From the NCBI GenBank assembly GCA_019057385.1, contig JAHQJS010000004.1, positions 416,001 to 480,000 on the forward strand: 64,000 nucleotides of DNA, written 5' to 3'. The DNA comes from Candidatus Borrarchaeum weybense (GTDB taxonomy: Archaea > Asgardarchaeota > Sifarchaeia > Borrarchaeales > Borrarchaeaceae). A program made the translations under genes and the position numbers. This document shows positions 60,833-64,000 of the stretch, one piece after another (the first letter of the stretch is position 1; each line of letters starts with the position of its first letter). The notes under the pieces are model-generated. The model worked only from the letters and a program-made list of their open reading frames with translations. It had not been told where the DNA came from and did no database searches.

Positions 60833-62308
60833 GTGTCTCAGAGTCAAGTACCAACTCGGATCCTTATGTTTACGTCCCCAGATTGTGCTTATTGTCCTTC
60901 AGTTGAGAAACTTTTACAGCGCACAATAGGTTTTGGAAGTGTAGCATTTGCTCACGTCTCTACAATAGATATTAATGAGAATCCTGAGCTAAAGACAAGG
61001 TATAAAATTAAATCACTGCCCACTTTGATAATAAATGATGAAAAGGTTCTTAGCGGTCAGATCACCGAGGGCGAAGTTCAGAATGTGCTCTGGAACAAAT
61101 TGGTTACCACGATTTTAGAACGCGAAAAATCGTATGATATGCGAAAAGAAACTATGCTAGCAATCACAACCAATACACTTTCTTCAGCGCTCGAACTTCA
61201 ACTTGTTCGACCAAGCATTGGAGACTATACTCATATTGGAGCACTGCAGAAAACAACTTTTTCAATATTAGGGTTAGATGTTTTAGCAACACGCTTATTT
61301 TATGAAGCAGGTAAAGATTTAGGCTTATATGGTGCAGATTCTCACCTCCTCTTAAGTTTAAATCCTAAAATCGGAGCTGAAATCAGATCTATCGAAAAAC
61401 GCTTTAAGCACGTGATCGACGGGATACGTATTTTCTTTAATAGACAAACCAGTAATCTCCCCACGTATTTCAGCGATAGAGTTGATATAGTTAGCCTAGA
61501 GGATGATGAAGCCGTGATCCGTGTCTATGAAACTGCATCTTCTACACAAGCTATGGACATTGGTGAACCTCTTTGTCATTTCACTGCTGGCGAAATGGCT
61601 GGCATGATCGAAGCGTTACTTGCAGAAAGTGTTACAGTTCGAGAAACGGCATGTTGGGGTACTGGAAACCCATATTGCGAGTTTTACATAAAACTTGCTG
61701 GAGAAAAAGAGAAGCCTTATCCTTTACCAAAAAAACGAAAAGATAGACCTGAAAGATTTAAGCAACTGATTGATCGCTCAATGCGTCTTGCTTATGATTC
61801 TATCTTCATGAAAAGAAAAATGCGTCCAAATACAGGAGATTACCTGCACCTTGGGGTGCTCCAACAACAACTTACATCACTTAAACTCTCTGATCCGTTT
61901 ACAGGAAGTTTACTTTACGCAGCAGGACACCAACAAGGTTTAAATAGCCCTGAAATTGAATTTATTAACCGAATTAAAAATAAATCTGCTGAAATTGGAG
62001 ATATGGAGTTCTTAGAGGCTTTGAAAGTCTTACGAAACTTCTACAATCACCCAAGCTCATTTCTATCACGTGAACATGGCAAGGTTCGTTCACGAAATTT
62101 ACGAAAAGAAAGTGCTTCGCTTATAATCTATGAACTCGCTTCTGCTACTGCAACTCCAAATGCTGGGGTTAATTTTTGTGATTTCGAAACCGGTAAAATT
62201 GCTGGTCTTTTTGAACGATTAACTGGACAAAATATTGTTGCCAACGAATCAAAATGCTGGGGTTTAGGTAATAATTTTTGTGAATTTGACGTCAGCAAAG
62301 TGGACTGA
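60833..62308 (+). CDS. Thioredoxin domain + tandem V4R domain protein
   Basis: SPDCAYCP..SLPT; two copies of C-x-F-x-x-G..E-x-x-CWG-x-GN-x-x-CEF. Confidence 0.85.
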   Translation: MSQSQVPTRILMFTSPDCAYCPSVEKLLQRTIGFGSVAFAHVSTIDINENPELKTRYKIKSLPTLIINDEKVLSGQITEGEVQNVLWNKLVTTILEREKSYDMRKETMLAITTNTLSSALELQLVRPSIGDYTHIGALQKTTFSILGLDVLATRLFYEAGKDLGLYGADSHLLLSLNPKIGAEIRSIEKRFKHVIDGIRIFFNRQTSNLPTYFSDRVDIVSLEDDEAVIRVYETASSTQAMDIGEPLCHFTAGEMAGMIEALLAESVTVRETACWGTGNPYCEFYIKLAGEKEKPYPLPKKRKDRPERFKQLIDRSMRLAYDSIFMKRKMRPNTGDYLHLGVLQQQLTSLKLSDPFTGSLLYAAGHQQGLNSPEIEFINRIKNKSAEIGDMEFLEALKVLRNFYNHPSSFLSREHGKVRSRNLRKESASLIIYELASATATPNAGVNFCDFETGKIAGLFERLTGQNIVANESKCWGLGNNFCEFDVSKVD

Positions 62309-62456
62309 AATTCTTATCCTTTAGACAATTTTAATCCTATAGACCGTGATTTCTGATAAATACGCAACTATTTTTGATGATTAAATTCTTAAGTGCACGC
62401 CTTAATCATTTCACTATATTTCATCACAATTATCTTGTAGCTTGAGGTGAATGTCA

Positions 62457-64000
62457 TTGACAGAAGGTGAAACTAAAGATGTCTACATAAGCCCATTCAT
62501 TCAGCAAATCACTGGTGAGGTTAATTTACCACAAAAAGTCTACATTTTTGACACAACTCTCCGTGATGGAGAGCAAACTCCTGGTGTTGCACTTACAATT
62601 GAAGAAAAAATACAGATTGCATTAGCTTTGGATGAACTTGGTGTAGATGTTATCGAAGCAGGAATGCCTGTTGTAAGTTCTGGTGAAAGAGAATCCGTTA
62701 GAAGAATAAAGCAATTAGGTCTAAATGCCGAGATTGCTGGATTGGCACGTACAAGATCTTCGGATTTGGACGCGCTTCAAGAATGCGAATTAGATGTTGC
62801 ACACGTTTTCATAGCTACATCTGACTTGCATCTTCAGTATAAACTACACATGACCCAACAACAAGTTATTGAAGAGATTGTTAACTCAATAACTTATGCG
62901 CAGGAATTAGGATTTAAAGGAATTGAATATAGCGCTGAAGACGCTACTCGTACTGATCTTGACTTTCTGGTGAAAGCTTATACGACTGCCGTGTCTGCCG
63001 GTGCTGACCGAATTAATATCCCCGACACTGTCGGAACAATTATACCACGTGCTTACGGAGCCCTTACAAAAACCCTTACTGAGGCTATTAGAGCAATAAA
63101 TAAAGATGTCAGAATCAGTTTGCATTGCCATAATGATTTCGGTCTCGCTGTAGCGAATTCCCTTGCAGGAATTGAAGTCGGTGCGAATCAGGTTCACGTC
63201 ACAGTAAATGGTATCGGTGAACGGGCCGGTAACGCCTCACTTGAAGAAATTGTCATGTCCCTTTATGCGTTGTATGGAGTTCCTACGAATATTAAATTAA
63301 AACAGCTCTATAAAACGTCGAAACTGGTTGAAAAACTAACTCAAGTACCGATTTCTCCTTGCCAACCCTTCATGGGCGATAATACCTTCCGTCATGAGAG
63401 CGGCATACATGCACATGCTGCACTAGCACATCCACGAACATACGAACCTATTACCCCTGAACTCATTGGAAAACGAAAGGATAGTGAAATTGCAGTTAAA
63501 GGCGTTGTAATTGGAAAGCATTCTGGAGCGCATTCTATTCAGGAGAAACTAAAAACATTCGGCATAGAAACAACTCGCGAGCAAACAACTGAAATTCTCG
63601 AACGAATAAAAGAAATTGGGGATAAAGGAAAGCGAGTTACAGATTTCCATTTAAGAACTATAGCAGAATCTGTCACTGGAAAAATTGCTGAGCCAGTTCT
63701 TGACTTAAAGGAGTTAACTGTTGTCACAGGCTTGCATATCACACCATCAGCTACAGTAAAATTACGGATTAAGCAAAATAGTTCATTTATCGAAAAAGTA
63801 GCCTCTGATATCGGAGTTGGCCCGGTTGATGCTGCGTGTAATGCACTTCAAGCAGCGTTTAAGGATATTGTTAAAGATTTTGGCGATATTCAACTAGAAA
63901 AATTTAGTATGGATGCAATAGAAGCAGATACTGATGCTTTCGCCACAGTTCACGTTAGAGTTTCTGATGAACAGGGCTTTGTGACGGATGCAAGCGCATC
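62457..64000 (+). CDS. 2-isopropylmalate/citramalate/homocitrate synthase family (runs off the window end)
   Basis: TTG start after GAGGTGA; DTTLRDGEQTPG, HCHNDFG, GIGERAGN, HESGIH, GPVDA; absent from the ORF track. Confidence 0.92.
   Translation, partial: MTEGETKDVYISPFIQQITGEVNLPQKVYIFDTTLRDGEQTPGVALTIEEKIQIALALDELGVDVIEAGMPVVSSGERESVRRIKQLGLNAEIAGLARTRSSDLDALQECELDVAHVFIATSDLHLQYKLHMTQQQVIEEIVNSITYAQELGFKGIEYSAEDATRTDLDFLVKAYTTAVSAGADRINIPDTVGTIIPRAYGALTKTLTEAIRAINKDVRISLHCHNDFGLAVANSLAGIEVGANQVHVTVNGIGERAGNASLEEIVMSLYALYGVPTNIKLKQLYKTSKLVEKLTQVPISPCQPFMGDNTFRHESGIHAHAALAHPRTYEPITPELIGKRKDSEIAVKGVVIGKHSGAHSIQEKLKTFGIETTREQTTEILERIKEIGDKGKRVTDFHLRTIAESVTGKIAEPVLDLKELTVVTGLHITPSATVKLRIKQNSSFIEKVASDIGVGPVDAACNALQAAFKDIVKDFGDIQLEKFSMDAIEADTDAFATVHVRVSDEQGFVTDASA

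Overview
Archaeal chromosomal DNA, most consistent with an Asgard archaeon (inferred from the MglA-like GTPase, thioredoxin-V4R protein, giant TrmB-coiled-coil protein, SecE/Spt5, tandem AORs, HdrA/MvhD and AGGAGG/GAGGTG ribosome-binding sites). The first ~8 kb is an array-less CRISPR-derived module. It encodes a wHTH gene, a Hel308/Ski2-type helicase split from a helicase-tail/wHTH/Zn-finger/Cas1 protein, a Cas7-like RAMP, and a small RAMP fused to a Cas10-type permuted HD nuclease (ARAMP/aCas1-like). There is no CRISPR array, cas2 or cas6. Instead, each RAMP gene is preceded by the same ~47-bp promoter and followed by the same ~120-nt element with covarying stems, a candidate non-CRISPR guide/scaffold RNA or recombination site. 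Decayed copies of that element lie at ~9.3 kb and ~46.8 kb. A separate ~360-nt ORF-less, promoter-bearing structured element ending in a TnpB omega-RNA/IS605-type right end sits between ftsZ and secE. The rest is mostly metabolic and housekeeping genes, plus a STAND-ATPase/coiled-coil/TrmB operon. All calls come from motif recognition by eye; no database searches were run.
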